From Candidatus Woesearchaeota archaeon (GTDB lineage: Archaea; Nanobdellota; Nanobdellia; Woesearchaeales; ARS49), in contig JAWAAW010000001.1 in the NCBI GenBank assembly GCA_038884975.1, positions 18,476 through 82,475 on the forward strand: DNA of 64,000 bases, in the 5' to 3' direction. Shown one piece after another: positions 45,771 through 54,851 of this stretch (the stretch's first letter is position 1; each line of letters begins with the position of its first letter). The position numbers and the translations under genes are program-made. Below the pieces are notes generated by a model that did not search any database, was not told where the DNA came from, and saw nothing but the letters and a program-made list of their open reading frames with translations.

Positions 45771-46208
45771 TTACTGCTCGCCTTCTTCCTCGCCAAAGCT
45801 CTCTGAGTCCTCAGCAGTCTCTTCTGCCGGCGCTTCCTCTTCTACAGATTCTTCTCCTTCAGGAGTCTCTGCTGCAGGAACTTCTTCTGCATTGGCTTCT
45901 GCTGCTGGTGCTGCTTCCTTCCCAACGACCTCTGCAAAGCCAACCTTACGCAATACCTTTGTGACGCGGATGCGGACCTGTTCGCCCTGCTTTACTCCAG
46001 GAACAAAAAGCACAAATCCGTCCTTTTTTGCAATTCCATCTCCCTTTTCGCCGACTGCCTCGATTGTGACATCGAGCTCGTCGCCAACCTTTACAGGGGC
46101 AGTGCTTTGCCTGTAGCCTCCTCCGTATCCTCCGCCATAGCCGCCTTCGCCGCCATAGCCACTTCGATCTCCTCCACGTCCTCTATTTCCATACATTTTT
46201 CTTTTCAC
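45771..46208 (-). CDS. TRAM-domain protein with RGG/YGG-rich N-terminus and acidic C-terminal tail
   Basis: Core VKVGDELDVTIEAVGEKGDGIAKKDGFVLFVPGVKQGEQVRIRVTKV (TRAM). Flanked by GNRGRGGDRSGYGGEGGYGGGYGGGY and an E/A-rich tail. Confidence 0.75.
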   Translation of the reverse strand: MKRKMYGNRGRGGDRSGYGGEGGYGGGYGGGYRQSTAPVKVGDELDVTIEAVGEKGDGIAKKDGFVLFVPGVKQGEQVRIRVTKVLRKVGFAEVVGKEAAPAAEANAEEVPAAETPEGEESVEEEAPAEETAEDSESFGEEEGEQ

Positions 46209-46384
46209 CTACCAATTCAATTATTCTCGTGACTTAAGCCACGATAAAACCCATCCTAAATACTTCGGTTTTTAAAAGTTGTGTATTCAAACACCATAAT
46301 CTGGAAATAATTAAAATTGCGGCGCTTACCAGTACAAAGACACAAAACTATTCTTCATTGTTGTTCAATAAATGAAATAAAAAC

Positions 46385-47395
46385 TTAAACATCCTTTATC
46401 CCGCTGTCCTCGACAACAAATGTCGCTTCTGCTTCAGCAAGGTTGGGAGCGTCAACCATTTTCGCCACCCTTGTCCCCTTCTTTCCCTTGCGCAAATAAA
46501 GCCTGTAAGTCGAGTTGTGACCAACAATGTGCCCTCCAATCGCCTCTGTCGGGTCTCCAAAGAACACATCAGGCTTTGCCATTACCTGGTTTGTCACGTA
46601 AACAGCAAGATTATACTTATCAGCAAGCTTCATCAACGAATGCATGTGCTTGTTTATCTTCTGCTGGCGGTCAGCCAAAGTGCCCCTACCAATGAATTCT
46701 GCCCTGAAATGCGCAGTTAAGGAATCAACAATCACAAGCTTGACAGGCAATCCCTGCTTCTTTATCAAATCCTCAACTTTTTCAGCAAGCAATGCCTGAT
46801 GGTCGCTATTAAAAGCCCTGGCAACCCTGATGTTCTTGAGCACTTCCTCTGGCTCAAGGTCAAGACCCTTTGCTATCTGAACAATCCTTTCAGGACGAAA
46901 AGTGCTTTCTGTGTCAATAAAAACACAAGCGCCGCCAGCACCGCCCTTCTCAACAGGCAACTGGCACCTTACTGCAAGAACGTGCGCAATCTGCGACTTA
47001 CCAGCGCCGTACTGCCCATACGCCTCTGTAATGCTTCCTGTCTCAAAGCCCCCACCCATCAACTTGTCAAATTCCTTGCTTCCTGTTGTTATCCTGATGC
47101 ATTGCTCACGCTTCCTAAGGACTTCCTCACCTGACTGAAATTCCATTTCAAGATTAGCCCGAGCAATCGCAATGACTTTCTTAGCAGTAGCCTCGCTCAT
47201 CTCGGTAGCACCAACAAGCTCTCCAGGAGTTGCGACAGCAATACTCATAAGGTCAGAGAATCCTGCAGCCTCAAGCTTCTCTATCGTTGCAGGACCAATC
47301 CCTGGCAGGTCAGAAACTGACTGCACTCTCTTTGCAGTAACCTTGGGTCCGCTCTCATCCATCTCGATTTCCACCACTTGCGTCATGTTAAGCAC
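46385..47395 (-). CDS. radA: DNA repair and recombination protein RadA
   Basis: N-terminal HhH (LPGIGPATIEKLEAAGF), Walker A GQYGAGKSQ and Walker B LVIVDS. Confidence 0.9.
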   Translation of the reverse strand: MLNMTQVVEIEMDESGPKVTAKRVQSVSDLPGIGPATIEKLEAAGFSDLMSIAVATPGELVGATEMSEATAKKVIAIARANLEMEFQSGEEVLRKREQCIRITTGSKEFDKLMGGGFETGSITEAYGQYGAGKSQIAHVLAVRCQLPVEKGGAGGACVFIDTESTFRPERIVQIAKGLDLEPEEVLKNIRVARAFNSDHQALLAEKVEDLIKKQGLPVKLVIVDSLTAHFRAEFIGRGTLADRQQKINKHMHSLMKLADKYNLAVYVTNQVMAKPDVFFGDPTEAIGGHIVGHNSTYRLYLRKGKKGTRVAKMVDAPNLAEAEATFVVEDSGIKDV

Positions 47396-47466
47396 CTCTT
47401 TTGTTCTTTATATGATTTTCCATTGAAAAACCGGAAATCTTCCGGTCATCAAAATAATAAAAAAAA

Positions 47467-47790
47467 TTATTCCACAACAACCTCTTCTGACTGGGCGCCG
47501 TTAAGGGTCAAGTGCCTGTAAGCTTCCTGAATCACAAGCGCTGCCTTTGGCAAGTCCTGAATCCTGAAAGAATTTGCGTTCTTCCAGTTTCCTGACTTGT
47601 CCTTGTAGCTGCGCTCAAGAGAAATTGTGTGGTAGGAAAAACTCTCACCAGTTGCCTTTACCCTATCGTTTTTCCACACGGTAGCGCTTACTGCACCTGC
47701 ACGGAACTTCTTCTCAGGACCCCTGCCATCAGAAATGTGCGGCAGTCCTGCATCGTCAGGGGCTGTTTGGCCCATTGGTATTGCTTGCAT
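47467..47790 (-). CDS. Possible PC4/YdbC-like single-stranded nucleic-acid-binding protein
   Basis: VSATVWKN...YHTISLERSYKDKSGNWKNANSFRIQDLPKAALVIQEAY parallels the PC4 C-terminal domain pattern. Weak, by-eye assignment. Confidence 0.35.
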   Translation of the reverse strand: MQAIPMGQTAPDDAGLPHISDGRGPEKKFRAGAVSATVWKNDRVKATGESFSYHTISLERSYKDKSGNWKNANSFRIQDLPKAALVIQEAYRHLTLNGAQSEEVVVE

Positions 47791-48026
47791 TTTATTGCAC
47801 CTCTTGCTTTCGCATTTTTTTTCATTTCTCCCTTGGAATGGAGAGGAGGTGGCCGCCAGTTGAAGGCAAACTGGCGGCTGTTTACTTGAACAATGCGAGC
47901 ATTGTCAAGTATGTCACCAATGTCTCATTGGCGAGACTTGGCGCAACGTTATTCATTGATAATCGAATCATTTATATACGCTATCTGGCAATGTCCAGTG
48001 ACCAGTGGACGGGATAATCCCATAAA

Positions 48027-48629
48027 ATGGCTAAAAAAGAGCGTGTTTTGAACTTTCTTGGATGGATTTTTATAGCATTAGGGCTCGTATCCGTTATTAC
48101 CCATGTTGTATTTGGAAACTGGCGGTATGCAGTGTGGTTTTGCAATCACGCAATGATAATCTCAGGACTTGCAATAATGTACAAGAACAGGTTCTGGCTT
48201 ACTGCAATGCTAAACTGGTCATTAATACCAGTAAGCATGTGGACAATTGATTTTGTCAGCAAGGTCTTGTTTGGTATTTTTCCCTTTGGAATCACGCAAT
48301 ACATGTTTGAAGGACCAATACAAATAATCAGCCTCCAACACTTGTTCACTGTGCCATTGATGCTTTACGCGATGCACCTGCTAGGCAGACCTACAAAATG
48401 GGCTTGGCTCGGAACAACAGCACATGGAATAATCCTGTGGATAATTTCTTACTTTTTCATAACGCCAGACTACAACGTGAACTGCGCACACCAAGCATGC
48501 ACGCTTCTGAAAGGACTTCCCTATTATGTGGCGTTATGGCCTTTCATTGCAATACTGATGTTCTTTGTGACAAACAAATTCCTTGTGTGGGCATTCAGTG
48601 TACCAAAAGCAAAACATCCAAAGCAATAA
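48027..48629 (+). CDS. Polytopic membrane protein, unknown function
   Basis: About 6 hydrophobic segments. No motif recognised. Confidence 0.5.
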   Translation: MAKKERVLNFLGWIFIALGLVSVITHVVFGNWRYAVWFCNHAMIISGLAIMYKNRFWLTAMLNWSLIPVSMWTIDFVSKVLFGIFPFGITQYMFEGPIQIISLQHLFTVPLMLYAMHLLGRPTKWAWLGTTAHGIILWIISYFFITPDYNVNCAHQACTLLKGLPYYVALWPFIAILMFFVTNKFLVWAFSVPKAKHPKQ

Positions 48630-49050
48630 CAACAAAAAACAAAAGCGTTTCCATAAGTGTTCCTGTCTGGACAGGCCCCCTGACCTTATAGTGAGCTATC
48701 GGGTTAAGGAAGCCAACGCCTGATAAGGTCAAGGCGTCGCTGACAAGATGAGAAAGATAGCCTATTGAGACTCCAAAACCATAAATGAAACCCTGCCACC
48801 ACCACAATCCTGCAAAAACAAGAATTACTGCAAAAATGCTATGAAAAAAACCCCTGTGGCCAAAAATAATTGGAATAACCTTTGTGATTTTCAAGGAATT
48901 GTTAACCTTGCTTTCGGGATGGTCAATGTCTGGCAGAAAAACACCAAGAATCACAAGAGCAATGAACAACAATTCGTTCTGAACACTTGTGTACTTCAGG
49001 GTAATCAGGCCTGCAAGAATTCCAAAAGCAACATGAGTCTTAGCAAGCAT
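48595..49050 (-). CDS. Membrane-bound metal-dependent hydrolase (YdjM/DUF457-like)
   Basis: MLAKTHVAFG, PDIDHPES, HRGFFHS and SHLVSDALT. Confidence 0.65.
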   Translation of the reverse strand: MLAKTHVAFGILAGLITLKYTSVQNELLFIALVILGVFLPDIDHPESKVNNSLKITKVIPIIFGHRGFFHSIFAVILVFAGLWWWQGFIYGFGVSIGYLSHLVSDALTLSGVGFLNPIAHYKVRGPVQTGTLMETLLFFVVIALDVLLLVH

Positions 49051-49126
49051 AAAAACCCCTGTTGAAGCACTATTATAAATACTTCACGATAAGTTTATAA
49101 GAAATCAGGAATGACTGATTACAGTA

Positions 49127-49642
49127 ATGGAACAAGTAATATTGGTTGACAAAAACAACAAAAAAATTGGTGTTGAAGAAAAAATAAGAGCTCACAAGGA
49201 AGGCATGCTTCACAGAGCGTTCTCAATCTTTGTTTTCAATTCCAAAGGAGAACTTCTTATCCAACAAAGAGCCACTAACAAATATCATTCTGGTGGATTA
49301 TGGTCGAATACAGTCTGCAGTCACCCAAAACCACACGAGACTTATCATAAAGCAGTTCATAGGAGGCTGAAGGAGGAAATGGGGTTTGACTGCCCCCTAA
49401 AAAAGGCATTCAGTTTTACTTACAAGACACGCTTTCAAAATGGACTGATTGAAAACGAACACGATTCTGTCTTTATCGGCAGCTTTGACGGAAAACCAAA
49501 ACCCAACCCTGAAGAAATAATGAATCACAAATGGGTTTCTGTAAAAAAACTAAAGAAGGACATAACAAATAACCCCAACAAATACACGATTTGGCTGAAA
49601 ATCGCCCTTGAAAAAATGACTGCCTTAAAAGAAAATCACTGA
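49127..49642 (+). CDS. idi: Isopentenyl-diphosphate delta-isomerase, type 1 (Nudix)
   Basis: GMLHRAFSIFVFNSKGELLIQQRA..K..SGGLWSNTVCSHP and a Nudix-like RRLKEEMG. Confidence 0.8.
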   Translation: MEQVILVDKNNKKIGVEEKIRAHKEGMLHRAFSIFVFNSKGELLIQQRATNKYHSGGLWSNTVCSHPKPHETYHKAVHRRLKEEMGFDCPLKKAFSFTYKTRFQNGLIENEHDSVFIGSFDGKPKPNPEEIMNHKWVSVKKLKKDITNNPNKYTIWLKIALEKMTALKENH

Positions 49643-50661
49643 GAGGGCGGCTGGACTGGCTGAGAAACAGTTGCCTGAAGCCGTGCCAGTTCTTCCTGAG
49701 GGTCAGGATTAAGAAATACCATCTGGACATTGAACTCAAGCCGGTCAAAAAAAGTGTTTTTCTTAACCCGTCCAACCAATTTCACAATCTGCCCAAGCAA
49801 TTCTGTCTTCAAAGGCTCAAACTGCTCAGGAACATGACGCAAAGGCAACAACTGGTCAATTGTTTTGCCAAGCAAACGCTCTGCCTGCTGGCGAAAAAGA
49901 ACGCACCTTATATTATCAGTGCCGTCATCAAGGAAAAGGTTCATTACAAAAGCATAATCTGGCTTAACAACTCCATGCTTTTCGCAAACAAAATTGCCGT
50001 CCTGCTCCTTTGCCCTTCCATTGCATGTGGGACAAATCTCAAAAAACCTCGGATCAAAAACCTGGACTATTGTGCCGAGCACTTCAACATTCTCATCACC
50101 ATCCTGCAAAGCCTTGATTTCCTTTCTTATGGCAGCAGCCCTCTGTTGCAACTGCCTGACCTCCCCAAAAGCAATGCCTGCAGGATTGACAATCAAATGG
50201 GCTTTCTCATTAACATGAACTTCTGGATAGCCGCGCTGGTTTTCCTTGGCCAGCCCGCCAGAAACCTTAACAATGTTGCCAATCTCAAGCTTGCTAATTA
50301 CTTCCGCCTGCTCACCCCAACCAACAACACGCATAACACCAGTCTCATCAGCAACCATGCAACTTGAGACCTTCCCTTCTGTACCGTCCTGCCTCGAAAA
50401 AGTATTCAACGGATAAACCGCCTGCACCTTGCCAGCAAACTCAACACTCCTCATTCCAGCATAAATATCCTTAATCTTGCCTGAATTCTCCAAAAGTTTA
50501 ACGCCAAGCTCATTCGCAATGATGTGAGCAGCACCTTCCTTGCTTATCAGCCCAGAGAGCTGCTTTAGTTTGGTATCAATTCTTTCCTGAATCTGCTGGC
50601 GAGAAAGACCTGTCTTTTGCTCGATCTTTGCAAGCATTTCATCATAAGGAATTCTTATCAC
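49636..50661 (-). CDS. rpa: Replication protein A-like ssDNA-binding protein (OB folds + Zn finger)
   Basis: N-terminal helical domain (LISKEGAAHIIANELGV), OB-fold regions and CPTCNGR...CEKHG. Confidence 0.75.
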   Translation of the reverse strand: MIRIPYDEMLAKIEQKTGLSRQQIQERIDTKLKQLSGLISKEGAAHIIANELGVKLLENSGKIKDIYAGMRSVEFAGKVQAVYPLNTFSRQDGTEGKVSSCMVADETGVMRVVGWGEQAEVISKLEIGNIVKVSGGLAKENQRGYPEVHVNEKAHLIVNPAGIAFGEVRQLQQRAAAIRKEIKALQDGDENVEVLGTIVQVFDPRFFEICPTCNGRAKEQDGNFVCEKHGVVKPDYAFVMNLFLDDGTDNIRCVLFRQQAERLLGKTIDQLLPLRHVPEQFEPLKTELLGQIVKLVGRVKKNTFFDRLEFNVQMVFLNPDPQEELARLQATVSQPVQPPSQ

Positions 50662-50721
50662 TCAAACCACCCTTCCCTGTGAGAATCACAAGGAACAGGA
50701 ACGGGTATAAATAGTTTTGGA

Positions 50722-51579
50722 TTATGTTGCAGCACTCCAAGATTCAGGTGCATAAAGAGCAAAAATAATGTCACTCATTGAGCCATAGGGGTTAATTACG
50801 GGATTCTTCGCTGTGCAAACAAGATAGTCAGGATTTGAAGAACTCCTGACAGCAGAAAATGCAGTTATTGTTTTCAGACAATCATCAACAGAATAAGCAT
50901 CAGTGCATTCATAAAATGTCCTTACTGCCGCCTTAAGCGAATCATAAACCTCAAGCCTTGCACTGACAGGAACAGTAAATGAAGGCTTGAAAGAATACTC
51001 ACCAATTGCAGCTTTTTTCAATACCGCAGTTGTTATTGTTATAAACCACCGTTCGTATTTGCGCAGTTCAGGAGGAGGCTGCAACAAGACTCTGGCTGAC
51101 TTAATAGCAGTCCCAGTAACTGAATTATTCTGGACAAAAATCACGTAATTGCCAGCAGGCAGCATTGCGGACTGGTATTTGCTTGTGAAAACATCCATTT
51201 GCTTGTTGAATGCGGCATTTAGTGCCTCATAAGGTTGCACAGAATCCAAACAAAGCATTCCTCTTGCAGACCAAGCATAAATTTTTTTGTTAGCCTCTTC
51301 AATAATGCCACACTTCGCCTCAACCACAGCCCCTGAAGCGGCAACTTCATCAAGCGCGCGATAAACAGACATTTTTGCAGACTGATCAACGTAAAGCAAG
51401 GCATTCTCGCCAGACTGGTACGCATTCAACAGAGCCACCTGAGAACCGCCCAGCGGAGTCTCAAATGACTCAACCTTTGACGCGAGCTGTATGTACATAT
51501 AAATAACAAGTATCAGCGTTACAAGCACCATCATTGCTGAATAATCAATCCCTTTCTTGTTTTTCAGCATCTGAATCAT
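50722..51579 (-). CDS. Secreted/anchored protein with prepilin-like N-terminus, unknown function
   Basis: MIQMLKNKKG|IDYSAMMVLVTLILVIYMY. ATGA overlap with the upstream gene. Last gene of the operon. Confidence 0.55.
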   Translation of the reverse strand: MIQMLKNKKGIDYSAMMVLVTLILVIYMYIQLASKVESFETPLGGSQVALLNAYQSGENALLYVDQSAKMSVYRALDEVAASGAVVEAKCGIIEEANKKIYAWSARGMLCLDSVQPYEALNAAFNKQMDVFTSKYQSAMLPAGNYVIFVQNNSVTGTAIKSARVLLQPPPELRKYERWFITITTAVLKKAAIGEYSFKPSFTVPVSARLEVYDSLKAAVRTFYECTDAYSVDDCLKTITAFSAVRSSSNPDYLVCTAKNPVINPYGSMSDIIFALYAPESWSAAT

Positions 51580-51968
51580 TGGCGCTTCACCTCAACCCTG
51601 TATTCTGAAACTGCGCCATCATAACTGGGAAGAACGGTTTTCATCACAGCACTTGGCAGGTCAATCTTGGAACCGCACAAAAATTTGTCATTCCGATAAA
51701 CTGCAATCTGTGCCTGTGGCCCATAAGCATCACGTGTGACCTGGTCAACCCTTGAGCAGTCATTGCGTTCCAAATCATCAGCGACAGCAGCAAGCAAAAG
51801 CCGCAGCTGGTCTGAGGTGTCCAAATCGATTATTTCTGCCTTGATGTCAAATGCCTGCTTTTTAATGAATGCGCTGGTTGTTAACGTAAAGCCCACCAGC
51901 ACCAACGCTATTATTCCAACCGCTGCGAGCAAAGTAAATGCCCTTCCTGCAAGACCGCGCTTGTTCAT
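51576..51968 (-). CDS. Prepilin-like protein
   Basis: MNKRG|LAGRAFTLLAAVGIIALVLVGF. ATGA overlaps at both ends. Confidence 0.55.
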   Translation of the reverse strand: MNKRGLAGRAFTLLAAVGIIALVLVGFTLTTSAFIKKQAFDIKAEIIDLDTSDQLRLLLAAVADDLERNDCSRVDQVTRDAYGPQAQIAVYRNDKFLCGSKIDLPSAVMKTVLPSYDGAVSEYRVEVKRQ

Positions 51969-52453
51969 CTAAAACCTCCCGGTGGCTTTGGAGCATAAAC
52001 CTGGTCTATTTCCAGCAAGGCAAACTTCTGGCTGTCCTGAATCCAGACAGGCCTTGTCTCAATGAAGTTCTGATACCTAACTGGCGACAATGGTTTCGCT
52101 TCCTTGTATAGCCCTTCATTGAAATACGCTTCATCATGGTCAAGCGTAAGCTTCATCGCAAGTCTTCTTGGAGTGCCCGCAGTCGTAAACGCATCCACAA
52201 TCATTTTCTTGTCCCATAAGCCCTTGCTTGCAAGCACACCCGAATAAATCCTGTGAGTGAGGGGGGATTGCCATGCAGTTTTTGTCAGGATACGCTCTGT
52301 AAAAATCACGTTCTCAAGCCCTGCGGTGTCTGTCTTTTGCGAAAACACACTTGAAGGTGCCTGAACAATAAAGAAAATAACTGCAACAGTAAGCGCAATG
52401 TAAAATATCCAAAAAACCACTGCCTCACTAATTTGAGCCCTGCGATCAAGCAT
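51965..52453 (-). CDS. Prepilin-like/anchored protein
   Basis: ATG at 52453 gives MLDRRAQISEAVVFWIFYIALTVAVIFFIV. The track start at 52462 is a GTG. Overlaps the upstream gene by 8 nt. Confidence 0.5.
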   Translation of the reverse strand: MLDRRAQISEAVVFWIFYIALTVAVIFFIVQAPSSVFSQKTDTAGLENVIFTERILTKTAWQSPLTHRIYSGVLASKGLWDKKMIVDAFTTAGTPRRLAMKLTLDHDEAYFNEGLYKEAKPLSPVRYQNFIETRPVWIQDSQKFALLEIDQVYAPKPPGGFR

Positions 52454-53381
52454 TGGAAACACCCCTCATTATTGCAGTGGCAATCATCATCTGATGACTT
52501 GGGTCTACAAACAAGCTTTGGTCTGAAGCGCTGATTTCAAGCAACACACCAGCAGTTCCTTTTGAAATGACAGAATCATCAGCTGAAGTCTGGTCAGGAT
52601 TAACAGGAATAACTGCCGCACCTGTTACTTCAAAACCCATCCTGCCAAACTCTGTTATTAGCGCATTCACAACCTCGCAGCCAAGGCGCTGGCTTTGGCC
52701 AAGAATCTCAGGAACATTGTCTCCATTTACGAAAGCCTTAATAATTAATTCGCCAGGACTGGAATTGCTCAGTTTTATTGCAAGCAAATTATTTCCCTGC
52801 TTTGGGCCCAGCATTCCACTTGCCATTCGAGCAATCACCTGTTCTGCTTCAGCATTGGAAGCGTGCGCAGACACTACCGAAACCCCGCCAGCGAGCTTTT
52901 CATCACTGCACGTAAGATATTCGCGATAATAATCATAATTGCGCTCATTCAGGTTGCGGACAAGCAAGTTTTTGCCCTGCTTGACAAAGACAGGAATTAC
53001 TTTCTTGTCGCTAAATGACAGGAATGATTCTTCAGTGCTTATGCCCGGATCTGGAGTGAAATAAAATAAGCCGGGAGATGGATCATCAATCTTTGCAAGA
53101 GCACTGACGCTATTCCTTGAAAAGTTGTATAAGTAATTGATGCTGAAGTTCTCACCAACCTGAGGTATATAAATCAAGAAAAGATTTCCCGGCTGAGGCA
53201 TTGCAGGAATTGCATCCTGTATGAGCGCAAGGTCTGTTGCGAGAAAGCGCTTTTCAAAAGTGGTTTTTTCACCAACACCATGAATGTACGACAACATTGT
53301 TATCAGAATCATTACGGCAACCATGGTTTCAAACAAAGGATGCAATACAAAACCTATCCAAGCGCCTTTTTTTGATTTCAT
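52446..53381 (-). CDS. Prepilin-like/anchored 311-aa protein
   Basis: ATG at 53381 (ATGA overlap) gives MKSKKG|AWIGFVLHPLFETMVAVMILITML. The track start is a TTG. Confidence 0.55.
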   Translation of the reverse strand: MKSKKGAWIGFVLHPLFETMVAVMILITMLSYIHGVGEKTTFEKRFLATDLALIQDAIPAMPQPGNLFLIYIPQVGENFSINYLYNFSRNSVSALAKIDDPSPGLFYFTPDPGISTEESFLSFSDKKVIPVFVKQGKNLLVRNLNERNYDYYREYLTCSDEKLAGGVSVVSAHASNAEAEQVIARMASGMLGPKQGNNLLAIKLSNSSPGELIIKAFVNGDNVPEILGQSQRLGCEVVNALITEFGRMGFEVTGAAVIPVNPDQTSADDSVISKGTAGVLLEISASDQSLFVDPSHQMMIATAIMRGVSNA

Positions 53382-53833
53382 GAGCAAGCAGCACCAATAT
53401 GCACTGAATTATCCATCTTGCGGCATATCCTGACAGGCGTGCCTTGAGCAACAGCAACAACTTCAGGCTCAGGATTTATGGCACACATTCCTTTTTCGCA
53501 ATTGCTCTCAATCTTTTGCAGTATCACGCACGTCTTGCTTTCTGAATCGCAAATGCAGGGCTTGCCCTTGCAATAATCATTAGTGTTTCCTGCACCATAA
53601 AACTCAAGAACATAACCACCGCCAGTAGTAATAACGTCAATTGCCTGGTTTGGCTGCAATGCTGCAATTTCCTTGACAACCCTTTCGCGGTCCCTCACCA
53701 CAAGGGTTGTTGGTTTCTTAGATACTTCCCAAACGCCGTAAAATATTGAAAACAAAATAAGGGCAATCATGACAGAAAAAAGAAGTATTCCTGCATGAAT
53801 CACCGGCACTTCAACCTGTCCCTTTTTGTCCAT
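53378..53833 (-). CDS. Prepilin-like Cys-rich protein
   Basis: MDKKGQ|VEVPVIHAGILLFSVMIALILF. The mature part has 8 Cys (CKGKPCICD...CEKGMC). Confidence 0.55.
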   Translation of the reverse strand: MDKKGQVEVPVIHAGILLFSVMIALILFSIFYGVWEVSKKPTTLVVRDRERVVKEIAALQPNQAIDVITTGGGYVLEFYGAGNTNDYCKGKPCICDSESKTCVILQKIESNCEKGMCAINPEPEVVAVAQGTPVRICRKMDNSVHIGAACS

Positions 53834-53873
53834 ACTTTAAAGCCAACAAACAAGGGATATAAATGTTTCTATC

Positions 53874-54179
53874 TCAGCTGACTTCGCAGCAAGACATTCC
53901 TTTTGGCGTGCAGTCAGCCCAAGTGCCTGGAAGTGTGATTGAGTTTGGAACTTCAGAACAACTATTGGCGCACTTTCTTGTGTGGAGCGCAAAAAGGGTT
54001 TCACAAACGTCTGCCTTTGCCTGCTGTTCTGCAGTTTCAGAAATGTTAACATACTTTTTGGAACCTTTCTGCAGCTGCGTGGTTATCAAGACAATAAGAA
54101 CCACCAGCACAACAAGCCCAAGAACAGCAAGAATAATTGTGTTGATTGGCAAACCCTGACCGCGCTTCATAACATTCAT
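53874..54179 (-). CDS. Small type IV pilin-like protein (paralog C)
   Basis: M(NVM)KRGQG|LPINTIILAVLGLVVLVVLIVL. C-terminus contains a CC pair. Confidence 0.7.
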   Translation of the reverse strand: MNVMKRGQGLPINTIILAVLGLVVLVVLIVLITTQLQKGSKKYVNISETAEQQAKADVCETLFALHTRKCANSCSEVPNSITLPGTWADCTPKGMSCCEVS

Positions 54180-54206
54180 TTTTTGCTGCTCCCTATTTAA
54201 TCTTTT

Positions 54207-54851
54207 CTAGTGTATTGCCATCATTATGATGTTGCTGGCCTGTGCGGGATCAACACCGCCCGGCTGAATGTTGCCAACTTGCACGCCACCAAGGCTTCCA
54301 TCACTACCAAGTCTTGAGCTGTCATCCTGCACAAAATCATGATAAACGCCTTGACGGACCTGATTAAAGACAAAAGGCCTGCTCTTTGAATAATCAGAGC
54401 CCCACACAATGCGCAAGTCATTGCCAACAGCCCTCCGCCAGTCCTCATCAATAAAAATATGTGTTTCAAGAACGCCATTCATTGAACGCTCAACCATAAA
54501 ACCCTGCAAAATTCCATCATTTGGATTGAGAATTGGAGTGACTTCCATCATCAGCTTTCCATTTTCATCAAAGTACTTGGTGCCAAAGAAATTTCCCTTG
54601 TAAATCCCCTCGTAAGCAAAAGCAGTAAAGCCCATACCCGGAATCAAAACCTGCTCATTAACATCATTGTATTTCCCTTTGCCACGCGTTGCTTCTTTCA
54701 CATCAACAGAAACACCACCAGGAACAGGCGAAAGCCAGTCAGCAGGATTGTTGCTGTACACGTGCCTTTTTGGCATCATGACCCAACGAATTCCGAGAAT
54801 AATCAGGATTACAATAAGCAATGCCAAGACAACAGCTAAGAGTTTTTTCAT
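54207..54851 (-). CDS. N-terminally anchored/secreted protein, unknown function
   Basis: ATG at 54851 (ATGA overlap with the stop of the 1032-aa gene) gives MKKLLAVVLALLIVILIILGI. Confidence 0.55.
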   Translation of the reverse strand: MKKLLAVVLALLIVILIILGIRWVMMPKRHVYSNNPADWLSPVPGGVSVDVKEATRGKGKYNDVNEQVLIPGMGFTAFAYEGIYKGNFFGTKYFDENGKLMMEVTPILNPNDGILQGFMVERSMNGVLETHIFIDEDWRRAVGNDLRIVWGSDYSKSRPFVFNQVRQGVYHDFVQDDSSRLGSDGSLGGVQVGNIQPGGVDPAQASNIIMMAIH

